Shown here one piece after another: positions 44,441-56,190 of a DNA stretch of 64,000 bases. A model generated the notes under the pieces. It was not told the origin of the DNA and made no database searches. It was given only the letters and a program-made list of their open reading frames with translations. Source of the DNA: Candidatus Atelocyanobacterium thalassae (GTDB lineage Bacteria > Cyanobacteriota > Cyanobacteriia > Cyanobacteriales > Microcystaceae); assembly GCA_051971635.1 (NCBI GenBank), contig JBFPLN010000003.1:320001-384000 (forward strand), given 5' to 3'. The translations under genes were made by a program, and so were the position numbers. Every line of letters starts with the position of its first letter. The stretch's first letter is position 1.

Positions 44441-47400
44441 ATGGATAGCAATATGAATTTTAAGAGCAAACCTAATACAACTTACATGGGTCCTCCTTCT
44501 ATTGTTGAAAGTAGAGATTCCTGCGGGGTAGGGTTCATTGTAGATATTGCTGAGCAAGGCTCTCATCAACTGATTCGAAAAGCTTTAACTGCACTGGAAC
44601 GTATGGAGCATAGAGGTGGTTGCAGTGCAGACAATGATTCAGGTGATGGTGCAGGAATCATGGCAGAAATTCCTTATGCCTTATTAAAATCTTGGTTTGT
44701 CGAAAATAGAATTATCATGCCTCCCAAAGAAGAATTGGGAGTAGGTATGGTTTTCTTGCCACAAGATCCTTATCAGCAAAAAATTAAACGCTTACACATT
44801 AATACTGTAGTTAAGGCTTCTGGTTTAAATATTTTAGGATGGCGTAAAGTTCCCGTTAATATCTCTGTACTAGGTACCCAAGCTAAAAAAAATAGACCTC
44901 ATATCGAGCAAATAATGGTTACATCTTTTGAAAAATTATCAGGAGATGTATTGGATAAAAAGTTATATATTGCACGTTCATATCTAGGAAAATTATTAGC
45001 AGATGATTTTTATATTTGTTCTTTTAGTTGCCGTACTATTGTATACAAAGGAATGGTACGTAGTTCAGTTCTTGGAAAGTTTTATAAAGATCTAGAAAAT
45101 TCACGTTTTACTAGCCAATTTGCTATATACCATAGACGTTTTAGCACAAATACTATGCCTAAATGGCCTTTAGCACAGCCAATGCGTTTATTGGGACATA
45201 ATGGTGAAATTAATACTTTAACTGGAAATATTAATTCAATATCTGCTAGAGAAAAAACTCTTAAAATAGAAAACTGGACAACTGAGGAATTACGTGCCTT
45301 AGCTCCTATCGTTAATATCGCAAATAGTGATTCCTACAATTTAGATAGTATTCTTGAATTATTGATAAGAAGTGGTCATGGTCTACTTCAATCAATGATG
45401 ATTTTGGTCCCAGAAGCTTATCAAAACCAACCTGATTTAAAGGACTATCCACAAATTATAGATTTTTATGAATATTACAGTGGTTTGCAGGAACCTTGGG
45501 ACGGTCCAGCACTTTTAGTTTTTAGTGATGGAAAAACTGTAGGAACTTGTTTAGATCGCAATGGTTTACGACCGGCAAGATACTCCATAACTGATAATTA
45601 TATTGTTGTTAGTTCAGAGACTGGTGTAGTCGATCTACCAGAAACAAGCTTTATTGAGAAAGGTAAACTTGGTCCTGGACAAAGCATAGCAGTAGATTTA
45701 AAAACGAAAAAAATATTAAAAAATTGGGAAATTAAACAACGTGTAGCTCGAGAGAAACCTTACGGAGAATGGTTAAGAAAACATCGTAAGGAAATTATAC
45801 CTCAAAATTTTTCTAATACTTTATTAATAAAAGATTCCGAACAACTATTAAATCAACAGACAGCTTTCGGTTATACCGCTGAAGATGTTGACATGGTTGT
45901 TATCCCTATGGCAATTCAGGGTAAAGAACCAGTTTTTTGCATGGGAGATGATATTCCTTTATCAGTATTATCTAACAAATACCACTTACTCTATGATTAT
46001 TTTAAACAAAGATTTGCTCAAGTAACTAATCCTCCTATAGATTCTTTAAGAGAAAATTTAGTTATGTCTCTAGAGATGTTGTTAGGCAAAAAGGGCAATC
46101 TTATAGGAGCTAGAGACATAGATGCCAAGCTTTTAAAGCTAAAAACTCCTATTTTAAATGAGGTAGAATTAAATCAAATTAGACACTCAAGTTTCAATAT
46201 AAGCGAATTATCTACACTATTTAATATTACGCTAGGTCCAAATAGTCTAAAACTTGCGTTGGACAACTTATGTAAAAAAGCAGCTCAAGTAGTGAGAGAG
46301 GGAGCTGCAATTATTATTTTGAGTGACCGTTGTTCTAAAACTATTAACATTAGTGAAGATATCAGCTATATTCCACCTTTATTAGTAGTGGGAAGTATTC
46401 ATCATCATTTAATTAAACAAGGATTACGTTCAAAAACATCTTTAATTATCGACACAGGACAGTGTTGGAGTACCCATCATTATGCATGTCTGTTTGGCTA
46501 TGGAGCCTCAGCCGTATGTCCATACCTTACGCTAGAAACAATACGACAATGGTGGCAGGCTCCTAAGACTCAGAAGCTAATCAATAATAACAAAATAAAT
46601 ATTACTGGACTTCAAGAAGCATTAAAAAATTATCGTCATGCTGTAGAAGTAGGATTACTAAAAGTTCTTTCTAAAATGGGAGTTTCTTTATTATCTTCTT
46701 ACCATGGGGCTCAAATTTTTGAGGCTATAGGTCTAAACTTAGATATCATTGATACGGCTTTCAAGGGAACAAGTAGTCGTATCGGTGGACTAAACTTTAT
46801 AGAGCTAGCTCAGGAAACAATTAAAATTCATAGCCAAGCTTTTCCAGAACTAACTGACAAAAAACTCAGAAATTTTGGTTTTATTAAATACCGCTCAGAT
46901 GGAGAATATCACACGAATTCTCCAGAAATGGCGAAGATTCTTCATAAAGCTGTTAATAACTATAGCCGAAAAGATAACAAGTCAAACAAAGAAGCTTACA
47001 ACTACTATGAAACATATCAAAAATATCTTAAAAAACGTCCTGTAACAACCTTAAGAGATCTCCTCGAGTTTAATAGTGATCGTTCTCCTATAGCAATTAC
47101 TGAAGTTGAGCCTGTAGAAAATATAGTAAAACGATTTTGTACAGGAGGTATGTCTTTAGGAGCATTATCAAGAGAGGCTCATGAAACTCTTGCAATTGCG
47201 ATGAATCGTCTGGGAAGTAAGTCAAATTCAGGAGAAGGAGGGGAAGATCCTATTCGATTTACTACTTTGTCTGATGTAGATGAAAATGGATATTCTCCAA
47301 CATTTCCTCACTTGAAAGGTCTATTTAATGGTGATACTGCGAGCTCAGCAATTAAACAAATTTCATCTGGAAGATTTGGAGTTACACCAGAATACTTGAT

Positions 47401-49072
47401 GAACGCTCAGCAATTAGAAATTAAAATGGCTCAAGGAGCAAAACCAGGAGAAGGTGGACAATTACCGGGGGAAAAAGCTAGTTCTTATATTGCTATGTTA
47501 AGAGGCTCAAAGCCTGGTGTTACCCTCATTTCTCCACCTCCTCATCATGATATATACTCTATTGAAGACCTAGCTCAATTAATCTTTGATCTTCATCAAG
47601 TTAATCCTAAAGCAAAAGTTTCCGTTAAGCTTGTAACAGAAATTGGTATCGGAACTATAGCAGCAGGAGTAGCAAAAGCTGATGCTGATATAATACAAAT
47701 TTCTGGACATGATGGAGGTACAGGAGCATCACCTTTAAGTTCTATTAAACATGCGGGATGCCCATGGGAGCTTGGAGTTACTGAAGTTCATCGAACGTTG
47801 ATAGAAAATCAACTTCGTAATCGGGTCGTTTTGCGTACTGATGGTGGCCTAAAAACAGGTTGGGATGTTGTAATAGCAGGAATGATGGGAGCTGAGCAAT
47901 TTGGCTTTGGTTCTATTGCTATGATTGCTGAAGGATGTATTATGGCACGTATATGTCATACCAATAATTGTCCTGTTGGAGTCGCTACACAACAAGAGAA
48001 ATTACGAAAAAGATTTAACGGAATTCCTGCAAATGTTGTTAATTTCTTTTATTTTATTGCTGAGGAAATTCGTGTTATTTTAGCTGAAATAGGTTATGAA
48101 TCACTAGAAGAAATCATTGGACGTTCTGATCTTTTGACAACACGTCATGATACTCGCTTAAGTAAAACTCAATCAATTGATTTAAAATGTATTCTTAATC
48201 TTCCCGACGTAAAAGAAAATCGTACTTGGCTTGATCATAAAAAATATTACAGAAAAAGCTTAACGTTAGATAATCAACTGCTTGAAGATCCTGAAATTAT
48301 ATTTGCTATCGATAATCACAAAACTATTGTTAAAAATCTTAGTATTTCTAATATTGATCGCACTGCTGGTGGCCGAATAGCGGGAACATTAGCTAGAAAA
48401 TATGGGAATAATGGATTTTCTGGAAAATTAGAACTTAAGTTTAAAGGATCAGCAGGACAAAGTTTTGCTGCTTTTAATTTGTCTGGCATGTTTATGTATT
48501 TAGAAGGGGAGGCTAATGACTATGTTGGCAAAAGCATGAATGGTGGAGAAATTGTAATAATTCCCAACAAAAAATCAAAATTTAAAGCGGAAGATAATAT
48601 TATTATTGGGAATACCTGTCTTTATGGTGCTACTGGAGGAACTTTATCGGTAAACGGTCGTGCAGGGGAAAGATTTGGAGTTCGCAACTCTATGGGGAAA
48701 GCAATTATAGAAGGTGCTGGAGATCATTGTTGTGAGTATATGACAGGTGGCGTAATAGTAGTATTAGGTACAGTTGGTCGCAACGTTGGAGCAGGTATGA
48801 CTGGTGGCCTTGGTTACTTCCTAGATGAAAGTGATAATTTTCCTGAAAAGATTAATTTTGATAGTGTAAACATACAAAGAATTTGTACTCATGAAGGAAA
48901 GACACAGTTAAAAAATTTAATTCAGTTCCACTTTGATAGAACAAACAGTAAAAAAGCTAAACATATTCTTGATAATTGGGAAATTTATGTGTATCAGTTT
49001 TGGCAAGTTTTTCCACCTTCCGAATCTAACATTCCCGAAACCAATCAAAATTTATCTAATTTCTGTACTTAA
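44441..49072 (+). CDS. glsF: Ferredoxin-dependent glutamate synthase (large-subunit type)
   Basis: [65 protein letters not shown] domain; no gltD adjacent. Confidence 0.93.
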   Translation: MDSNMNFKSKPNTTYMGPPSIVESRDSCGVGFIVDIAEQGSHQLIRKALTALERMEHRGGCSADNDSGDGAGIMAEIPYALLKSWFVENRIIMPPKEELGVGMVFLPQDPYQQKIKRLHINTVVKASGLNILGWRKVPVNISVLGTQAKKNRPHIEQIMVTSFEKLSGDVLDKKLYIARSYLGKLLADDFYICSFSCRTIVYKGMVRSSVLGKFYKDLENSRFTSQFAIYHRRFSTNTMPKWPLAQPMRLLGHNGEINTLTGNINSISAREKTLKIENWTTEELRALAPIVNIANSDSYNLDSILELLIRSGHGLLQSMMILVPEAYQNQPDLKDYPQIIDFYEYYSGLQEPWDGPALLVFSDGKTVGTCLDRNGLRPARYSITDNYIVVSSETGVVDLPETSFIEKGKLGPGQSIAVDLKTKKILKNWEIKQRVAREKPYGEWLRKHRKEIIPQNFSNTLLIKDSEQLLNQQTAFGYTAEDVDMVVIPMAIQGKEPVFCMGDDIPLSVLSNKYHLLYDYFKQRFAQVTNPPIDSLRENLVMSLEMLLGKKGNLIGARDIDAKLLKLKTPILNEVELNQIRHSSFNISELSTLFNITLGPNSLKLALDNLCKKAAQVVREGAAIIILSDRCSKTINISEDISYIPPLLVVGSIHHHLIKQGLRSKTSLIIDTGQCWSTHHYACLFGYGASAVCPYLTLETIRQWWQAPKTQKLINNNKINITGLQEALKNYRHAVEVGLLKVLSKMGVSLLSSYHGAQIFEAIGLNLDIIDTAFKGTSSRIGGLNFIELAQETIKIHSQAFPELTDKKLRNFGFIKYRSDGEYHTNSPEMAKILHKAVNNYSRKDNKSNKEAYNYYETYQKYLKKRPVTTLRDLLEFNSDRSPIAITEVEPVENIVKRFCTGGMSLGALSREAHETLAIAMNRLGSKSNSGEGGEDPIRFTTLSDVDENGYSPTFPHLKGLFNGDTASSAIKQISSGRFGVTPEYLMNAQQLEIKMAQGAKPGEGGQLPGEKASSYIAMLRGSKPGVTLISPPPHHDIYSIEDLAQLIFDLHQVNPKAKVSVKLVTEIGIGTIAAGVAKADADIIQISGHDGGTGASPLSSIKHAGCPWELGVTEVHRTLIENQLRNRVVLRTDGGLKTGWDVVIAGMMGAEQFGFGSIAMIAEGCIMARICHTNNCPVGVATQQEKLRKRFNGIPANVVNFFYFIAEEIRVILAEIGYESLEEIIGRSDLLTTRHDTRLSKTQSIDLKCILNLPDVKENRTWLDHKKYYRKSLTLDNQLLEDPEIIFAIDNHKTIVKNLSISNIDRTAGGRIAGTLARKYGNNGFSGKLELKFKGSAGQSFAAFNLSGMFMYLEGEANDYVGKSMNGGEIVIIPNKKSKFKAEDNIIIGNTCLYGATGGTLSVNGRAGERFGVRNSMGKAIIEGAGDHCCEYMTGGVIVVLGTVGRNVGAGMTGGLGYFLDESDNFPEKINFDSVNIQRICTHEGKTQLKNLIQFHFDRTNSKKAKHILDNWEIYVYQFWQVFPPSESNIPETNQNLSNFCT

Positions 49073-49418
49073 AATTTTATTAACAAATAAATTATTAAGC
49101 TGGAAAATTATAATTTATAAGGAATAAGATCACATAAGCTGAAATATGTGTAATTTAAAAAATGTATGATAAAAATGTTGCGTTTTTTAACATTCTCGAG
49201 TAAATAATTTTTATACGATATAATTCAAGGAATAACTAATAAAGTAACTATCGTTCAAATACAGATATTAAAATCTTATATAGTTAAATAAATAAAAGCT
49301 TAATATCTTTTTATATATAGCTTACTGGATAAGTAAACTATATGTGGCAGTACATGAACAAACCTTATCTTATAATCTAAAGTATAGATACGTTACCACA
49401 TTTCAAAAATATGATGCT

Positions 49419-49434
49419 AGTCAAATATTTGACT
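49419..49434. promoter_or_regulatory. Perfect 16-bp palindrome in the chlH leader
   Basis: AGTCAAATATTTGACT, about 45 nt upstream of the ATG. Confidence 0.35.
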
Positions 49435-49477
49435 TTCATAAATGAAATTTTTATAAAAACCAGGAGTTGTGCTACAT

Positions 49478-52400
49478 ATGTTCACCCACGTTAAGTCAAC
49501 CATTCGTCATATTATTCCAGAGACAGTCAATGGTCGTTCTTTGCTAAAGGTAGTCTATGTTGTATTAGAACCACAGTATCAAAGTTCCCTCTCTGCAGCA
49601 GTTAGAAACATTAATAGTAGCAATTCTAAAATAGCAATTGAAGTAAGTGGATATCTAATAGAAGAACTTCGAGATCCGGAAAATTATAAACAGTTTCAAC
49701 AAGATGTAGAACAAGCAAACTTGTTCATTGCTTCCTTGATTTTTATTGAAGATTTGGCCGATAAGGTTGTTGAAACTGTTTTACCTTTCCGTGAGAAATT
49801 AGATGCTATAATAATTTTTCCATCAATGCCACAAGTGATGCGTTTGAATAAATTGGGAAGCTTCTCAATGAGTCAGTTGGGTCAATCTAAAAGTATGGTT
49901 TCCCAATTTATGCGTAAACGACAGCAGAATTCTGGAACAGGTTTTCAAGATGCAATGCTAAAGTTATTACGTACACTGCCTCAGGTTTTAAAATATCTTC
50001 CGGTAGAAAAGGCACAAGACGCTCGAAACTTTATGTTAAGTTTCCAATATTGGTTAGGCGGTTCTTCAGAAAATTTAGAGAACTTTCTACTCATGTTAGC
50101 TCATAAATACTCTTTTCCTGACCTATTTAAAAATGAAGTAATTAGTTATAAAGAACCCATTGTTTATCCTGATATAGGAATCTGGCATCCCTTATCATTG
50201 AAAATGTTTGAAGATATTACATCTTATTTAGAATGGTATAATGCGCGTACAGATATTTCAGACGATCTAAAAAAATCTACAACACCATGTATAGGATTAG
50301 TACTCCAAAGAACTCATTTAGTAACAAAAGATGATGCTCATTACGTTGCGATGGTTCAAGAATTAGAGTCAATGGGAGTAAGAGTTATTCCTGTATTTGC
50401 AGGCGGTTTAGATTTTTCTAAACCTATCGAAGCATATTTTTGGAATAATTCTACTACTAATAACAATAGCGCGAGAACTCCTATAATAGATACCATCGTT
50501 TCTTTAACAGGATTTGCCTTAGTAGGTGGACCGGCAAGACAAGATCATCCAAAAGCAATAGATGCATTAAAATCTTTAAATTGCCCTTATATGTGCGTAT
50601 TACCATTAGTATTTCAAACTACTGAAGAATGGGAGGATAGTGATTTAGGATTACATCCAATTCAAGTTGCATTACAAATAGCTATACCTGAACTAGATGG
50701 TGCTATCGAACCTATAATATTATCAGGAAGAGATGGTAATACCGGACGATCAATAGCGCTTCAAGATCGTATTGAAACAATTGCACAAAGAGCTGCAAAA
50801 TGGGCTAGTTTAAGAAAAAAAGCAAGGATAGATAAAAAAATAGCTATCACTATTTTTAGTTTTCCACCTGATAAAGGCAATATTGGATCAGCAGCATATT
50901 TAGATGTATTTAGTTCTATTTACGAAGTAATAAAAGCGCTAAAGGATAAAGGGTATAACTTATCAGAGCTACCAGATTCACCAAAAGCTTTAATGGATAG
51001 TATCATCCAAGATGCTCAAGCTCAATATGCTTCTCCTGAACTAAATGTAGCTTATCGAATGTCTGTTGAAGAATATGAAAAATTAACTCCATACTCTACA
51101 CGTTTAGAAGAAAATTGGGGAACTCCTCCTGGAAATCTTAATAGTGACGGTCAAAATTTAGTTATATATGGTAAGCATTTTGGGAATGTTTTTATCGGTG
51201 TGCAACCAACTTTTGGGTATGAAGGAGATCCTATGCGTTTATTATTCTCAAGGTCTGCTAGTCCTCATCATGGATTTGCTGCATACTACACATATTTAAA
51301 CCAAGTTTGGCAAGCAGATGCAGTATTACATTTTGGTACTCATGGATCTTTAGAATTTATGCCAGGAAAACAAATGGGAATGTCAGGTGATTGTTACCCT
51401 GATACTCTAATTGGGAATATTCCTAATTTATATTACTATGCAGCTAATAATCCATCAGAGGCTACTATTGCAAAACGTCGTAGTTATGCAGAAACTATTT
51501 CATACCTAACTCCCCCGGCTGAAAATGCAGGACTCTATAAAGGATTAAAAGAATTAAATGAGTTAATAGGATCATATCAAACTTTAAAAGATAGCAGTCG
51601 CGGAATCCAGATAGTTAATACAGTCATGGATCAATGTCGATTAGTGAATTTAGATAAAGATATTCAGTTACCTGAGATTGACGCAAAAGAAATGACTGCA
51701 GAAGAGAAAAACAATATTATTGGTATTGTTTACAGTAAACTCATGGAAATTGAGTCTCGTCTGTTGCCATGTGGTCTACATGTTATTGGTAAAGCTCCAA
51801 CAGGGGAAGAAGTAGTTGCAACGCTAGTAAATATTGCATCACTAGACAGAGAAGAAGAAGAAATAATATGTTTACCGCGCCTCATCGCTGAAAGTATAGG
51901 ACGGGATATTAAAGATATATATTACAACAATGATATTGGTAAACTAGAAGACGTTGAATTATTACAAAAGATTGTGTTAGCAACTAGAGAAGCTATAACT
52001 TCGATGGTTAAAGCAAGCATGAATGAAGAAGGTAGAGTAAATTTCATATCAAAAATAGATATTTTAAAAATTACTCAAAAATCTCCTTGGGCAAGTACTC
52101 TAGAAAAACTAGGATATTCCAAAATTAATAAAAGTTCTTTAAGGTTACTTTTTGAATATCTTCAATCTTGTCTAGAAAAAATTTGCACAAGTCATGAATT
52201 AGATGCACTACTAAAAGGATTAGAAGGAGAATATGTTTTACCTGGACCAGGTGGTGATATTGTTCGTAATCCTGACGTTTTACCAACAGGTAAAAATATT
52301 CATGCATTAGACCCTCAATCTATTCCAACATTAGCTGCAGTAAAGTCTGCCAAAATAGTAGTAGATTCTCTTCTTAAACGTCAAAAAATTGATAATGGAG

Positions 52401-53476
52401 ATAAATATCCAGAAACTATTGCATGTGTTCTTTGGGGTACTGATAATATTAAAACATACGGAGAATCTTTAGCTCAAATTATGTGGATGGTAGGAGTTAA
52501 ACCTCTTCCAGATTCTCTAGGAAGAATTAATAAATTAGAACTAATACCTCTTGAGGATTTGGGAAGACCTCGTATTGATGTTGTTGTAAATTGTTCTGGT
52601 GTATTTCGTGATCTTTTTATTAACCAAATGAACTTATTGGATCAGGCCGTAAAAATGGCAGCAGAAGCGGATGAGCCTTTAGATATGAACTATGTACGTA
52701 AGCATGCGTTACAACAAGCTTCAGAAATGGATATTAATGTTAGAGAAGCTGCAACTCGTATCTTTTCTAATGCGTCTGGTTCTTATTCTTCTAATGTTAA
52801 TTTAGCAGTAGAAAACAGTAGTTGGGAAAAGGAAGAAGAGTTACAGAATATGTATTTAAATAGAAAAAGTTTTTCTTTTGATTCAAGTAATCCTGGTGTT
52901 ATGAAAGATAATAGAAAAATATTCGAATCTGCTCTAAAGACAGCTAGTGCAACTTTCCAAAATTTAGACTCCTCGGAAGTTAGTTTGACAGATGTTTCCC
53001 ATTATTTTGATTCTGATCCAACAAAAATTGTAGCTAGTTTAAGAGAGGATGGGCAAGAGCCTGCAGCTTATATAGCTGATACAACGACTGCTAATGCACA
53101 AGTACGTACTTTATCTGAAACTATTCGACTAGATACACGTACTAAGTTATTAAATCCAAAGTGGTATGAAGGGATGTTATCTCATGGCTATGAGGGTGTT
53201 AGAGAAATTTCGAAACGTTTAGTAAACACTATGGGATGGTCTGCGACTGCTAATGCAGTCGATAACTGGGTATATGAAGATGCAAATACTACATTTATTG
53301 AAGATGAAGAAATGTGTAAACGTTTAATGGATCTAAACCCTAATTCTTTTCGTAAGATGGTTAGTACCTTATTAGAAGTTAATGGTAGAGGCTATTGGGA
53401 AACATCTGACAGTAATTTGGAACGATTACAAGAGCTTTATCAACAAGTTGAAGATAAAATTGAAGGGGTAGACTAA
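49478..53476 (+). CDS. chlH: Magnesium chelatase subunit H
   Basis: [68 protein letters not shown] at 49462-66. Confidence 0.97.
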   Translation: MFTHVKSTIRHIIPETVNGRSLLKVVYVVLEPQYQSSLSAAVRNINSSNSKIAIEVSGYLIEELRDPENYKQFQQDVEQANLFIASLIFIEDLADKVVETVLPFREKLDAIIIFPSMPQVMRLNKLGSFSMSQLGQSKSMVSQFMRKRQQNSGTGFQDAMLKLLRTLPQVLKYLPVEKAQDARNFMLSFQYWLGGSSENLENFLLMLAHKYSFPDLFKNEVISYKEPIVYPDIGIWHPLSLKMFEDITSYLEWYNARTDISDDLKKSTTPCIGLVLQRTHLVTKDDAHYVAMVQELESMGVRVIPVFAGGLDFSKPIEAYFWNNSTTNNNSARTPIIDTIVSLTGFALVGGPARQDHPKAIDALKSLNCPYMCVLPLVFQTTEEWEDSDLGLHPIQVALQIAIPELDGAIEPIILSGRDGNTGRSIALQDRIETIAQRAAKWASLRKKARIDKKIAITIFSFPPDKGNIGSAAYLDVFSSIYEVIKALKDKGYNLSELPDSPKALMDSIIQDAQAQYASPELNVAYRMSVEEYEKLTPYSTRLEENWGTPPGNLNSDGQNLVIYGKHFGNVFIGVQPTFGYEGDPMRLLFSRSASPHHGFAAYYTYLNQVWQADAVLHFGTHGSLEFMPGKQMGMSGDCYPDTLIGNIPNLYYYAANNPSEATIAKRRSYAETISYLTPPAENAGLYKGLKELNELIGSYQTLKDSSRGIQIVNTVMDQCRLVNLDKDIQLPEIDAKEMTAEEKNNIIGIVYSKLMEIESRLLPCGLHVIGKAPTGEEVVATLVNIASLDREEEEIICLPRLIAESIGRDIKDIYYNNDIGKLEDVELLQKIVLATREAITSMVKASMNEEGRVNFISKIDILKITQKSPWASTLEKLGYSKINKSSLRLLFEYLQSCLEKICTSHELDALLKGLEGEYVLPGPGGDIVRNPDVLPTGKNIHALDPQSIPTLAAVKSAKIVVDSLLKRQKIDNGDKYPETIACVLWGTDNIKTYGESLAQIMWMVGVKPLPDSLGRINKLELIPLEDLGRPRIDVVVNCSGVFRDLFINQMNLLDQAVKMAAEADEPLDMNYVRKHALQQASEMDINVREAATRIFSNASGSYSSNVNLAVENSSWEKEEELQNMYLNRKSFSFDSSNPGVMKDNRKIFESALKTASATFQNLDSSEVSLTDVSHYFDSDPTKIVASLREDGQEPAAYIADTTTANAQVRTLSETIRLDTRTKLLNPKWYEGMLSHGYEGVREISKRLVNTMGWSATANAVDNWVYEDANTTFIEDEEMCKRLMDLNPNSFRKMVSTLLEVNGRGYWETSDSNLERLQELYQQVEDKIEGVD

Positions 53477-53668
53477 AAAACCTAGTTTTTATCTTAATTC
53501 TATGGTTAGGGACAAAACTAAGCATATTTACATATATGTACGGTTAGATTTGAATTGTTATTAATATACTTAAAAATTTTAATAACTTCTTATCTACCGA
53601 TATATTCTATTATTAATTGTGGAGAATGAAATATTCTCTATTAGTAATAAGTTTGTGTAGTAGTCTTT

Positions 53669-55249
53669 ATGAATAAACAAGAACTGTGGCAACGTTATCA
53701 AAACTGGCTGTACTATCATAGTGGATTAGGAATATATCTTGATATCAGTCGAATGAGATTCAGTCAAGATTTTGTTGATCAACTTAGTCCAAAGTTCAAT
53801 AAAGCTTTTCAAGATATGGAGTCTTTAGAAAGTGGAAAGATTTCTAATCCTGACGAAAAGAGAATGGTTGGACATTATTGGTTAAGAGCTCCAGAATTAG
53901 CTCCTAATGATGCAATAAGAAAAGAAATTACTGAACCTCTGATTAAAATTAAACAATTTGTTGAGAAAATTCATCAAGGTACTATCAAACCACCATCATC
54001 TAGTAAGTTTACTGATGTGCTTTGTGTCGGTATTGGAGGCTCAGCCTTAGGACCTCAATTTGTATCAGAGGCACTATCTTCTCATAGGCCTTCTATGTCT
54101 ATTCATTTCATTGATAATACAGATCCAGAGGGAATAGAAAAAACCATTCATAAAATTGGTGAACGTCTTAAAAGTACTTTGGTAATTGTTACTACTAAGT
54201 CCGGAAAAACACCTGAAACTCGAAATGGGATGTTAGAAGTTGAACAAGCTTATAAGATGCAAGGTCTGAAATTTGAATCTCATGCTGTCGCAGTTACTAT
54301 GCCAGGTAGTTTAATGGATCAGTTAGCGAGTGAATGGCTTGAAAGATTTCCTATGCAAGATTGGGTGGGCGGAAGAACATCTGAATTATCTGCTGTTGGT
54401 TTATTGCCTGCTGCTTTACAAGGCATTGACATTGATGAAATGTTAATTGGAGCTAAAGAAATGGATGAAGCCACTAGAGTCAAATCGTTAAAGGACAATC
54501 CTTCTGCATTATTAGCTCTGGCCTGGTACTATTCTGGAAATGGTAAAGGAGAAAAAGATATGGTCGTCCTTCCATACAAAGATAGCCTACTTCTTTTCAG
54601 TCGTTACTTACAACAACTAGTTATGGAATCTTTAGGTAAAGAAAAAGATCTTGATGGAAATATAGTTCATCAAGGTATTGCTGTATATGGCAACAAAGGA
54701 TCAACAGATCAACATGCTTATGTTCAGCAGCTTCGGGATGGAGTTTCTAATTTTTTTGCTACTTTTATTGAGGTACTTGAGGATGGGCAGAATAGCCCAT
54801 TAGAGTTAGAACCTGGGGTAACATCAGGTGACTATTTATCTATTTTCTTACAAGGAACTAGGCAAGCATTATATGAAAATGGAAGAGATTCCATTACAAT
54901 CACCATACCTCAAGTAAAGCCTCGTACAATAGGAGCTTTAATTGCTATGTATGAGAGAACAATTAGCTTTTATGCTTCCTTAGTCAATATTAATGCTTAC
55001 CATCAACCTGGAGTAGAGGCAGGTAAACAAATGGCTGCTTCAATATTAGATTTACAAACTAAAGTACAAACAATAATCAAGCAAACAACTGGAAAGATAA
55101 ATGTTGAGACTTTAGCATTACAAACAGGACATCCTGACGAAATAGAAGCAGTTTATAAAATTGTTCGCCATCTTGCGGCAAATAATCGTAATATTGTTTT
55201 AGAAGGAGACTTGTCTAATTTATTAAGTTTAGAGGTTTCAGCGATTTAG
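53669..55249 (+). CDS. pgi: Glucose-6-phosphate isomerase
   Basis: [53 protein letters not shown]. Confidence 0.96.
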   Translation: MNKQELWQRYQNWLYYHSGLGIYLDISRMRFSQDFVDQLSPKFNKAFQDMESLESGKISNPDEKRMVGHYWLRAPELAPNDAIRKEITEPLIKIKQFVEKIHQGTIKPPSSSKFTDVLCVGIGGSALGPQFVSEALSSHRPSMSIHFIDNTDPEGIEKTIHKIGERLKSTLVIVTTKSGKTPETRNGMLEVEQAYKMQGLKFESHAVAVTMPGSLMDQLASEWLERFPMQDWVGGRTSELSAVGLLPAALQGIDIDEMLIGAKEMDEATRVKSLKDNPSALLALAWYYSGNGKGEKDMVVLPYKDSLLLFSRYLQQLVMESLGKEKDLDGNIVHQGIAVYGNKGSTDQHAYVQQLRDGVSNFFATFIEVLEDGQNSPLELEPGVTSGDYLSIFLQGTRQALYENGRDSITITIPQVKPRTIGALIAMYERTISFYASLVNINAYHQPGVEAGKQMAASILDLQTKVQTIIKQTTGKINVETLALQTGHPDEIEAVYKIVRHLAANNRNIVLEGDLSNLLSLEVSAI

Positions 55250-55286
55250 CTATTTTGGTGGGCATAGCCCACCAAAACAGCTAAAT
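55244..55286. terminator. GC-rich palindrome between convergent pgi and lpxC; bidirectional terminator with a REP-like core
   Basis: ATTTAGCT-A-TTTTGGTGGGC-ATA-GCCCACCAAAA-C-AGCTAAAT. Confidence 0.7.
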
Positions 55287-55346
55287 TACTTTGAATACCC
55301 AGCCTCATACTTACGTTGTATGTCTAATATATTTTTAATTATATTA

Positions 55347-56165
55347 CTAGCTAATTTGAGCTATCTTCCGTGCTAATTCAACATGGAGCTTATGACTAGC
55401 TTTATAGGCTATAAAATGAGCCCTAGGTATAAACCCTAATAAGCTCAAATCTCCTAATAGGTCTAAAAGTTTATGCCGCACGGGTTCATCCTTAAATCTT
55501 AGAGGGGGATTCATCCAATCTCTATGATTACAGATTAATGCATTTTCAAAACTCCCTCCCTTAATTAGCCCAGATTGTCTCAAATTATCAATTTGATCTA
55601 TAAAACCAAACGTTCTTGCAGGGGCAATAAAATCTATAAAAGGTTCTTCTTTAGGATTCCAACTAGCCCACTGATTTCCAATAACCCTATAATCAAAGTT
55701 AATTCCATAAGTAAAACATATTTGTGGTGAGGGAATCGCTGCAACAAAAGCATCTTTATCTTGTACCCAAATTGGTTCTATAAGAGGTTCACCTTCTTGT
55801 ATTCCTGAACAAGTAAAATCCGAGGCGATAAAAGCATTTACCCATTTTTTTGCTGAACCATCTAATAAAGGAACTTCCGGTCCATTAATTTCTATACGAG
55901 CATTTTTAATTCCACATCCAGTTAGTGCTGCTAGTAGATGCTCTACTGTCCGAACAGTAATATTTTTATCGGACAACTCCGTTGATAATACAGTTTGACT
56001 TACCTTAGATACTTGAGCAGGAATAACTGGGTTATTAAAAAGATCTACTCTAACGAAATGATGTCCTTCATTATAGTAGTTAGGTATTATTTTTACCTGA
56101 GTTTTTTTTCCAGAATGTAGGCCAATACCTGATATCTCAAACTTTACGTTCATACTTAGCTTCAT
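55347..56165 (-). CDS. lpxC: UDP-3-O-acyl-N-acetylglucosamine deacetylase
   Basis: [52 protein letters not shown]. Confidence 0.96.
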   Translation of the reverse strand: MKLSMNVKFEISGIGLHSGKKTQVKIIPNYYNEGHHFVRVDLFNNPVIPAQVSKVSQTVLSTELSDKNITVRTVEHLLAALTGCGIKNARIEINGPEVPLLDGSAKKWVNAFIASDFTCSGIQEGEPLIEPIWVQDKDAFVAAIPSPQICFTYGINFDYRVIGNQWASWNPKEEPFIDFIAPARTFGFIDQIDNLRQSGLIKGGSFENALICNHRDWMNPPLRFKDEPVRHKLLDLLGDLSLLGFIPRAHFIAYKASHKLHVELARKIAQIS

Positions 56166-56190
56166 AATAAATAGTAACTATCTATATTAA

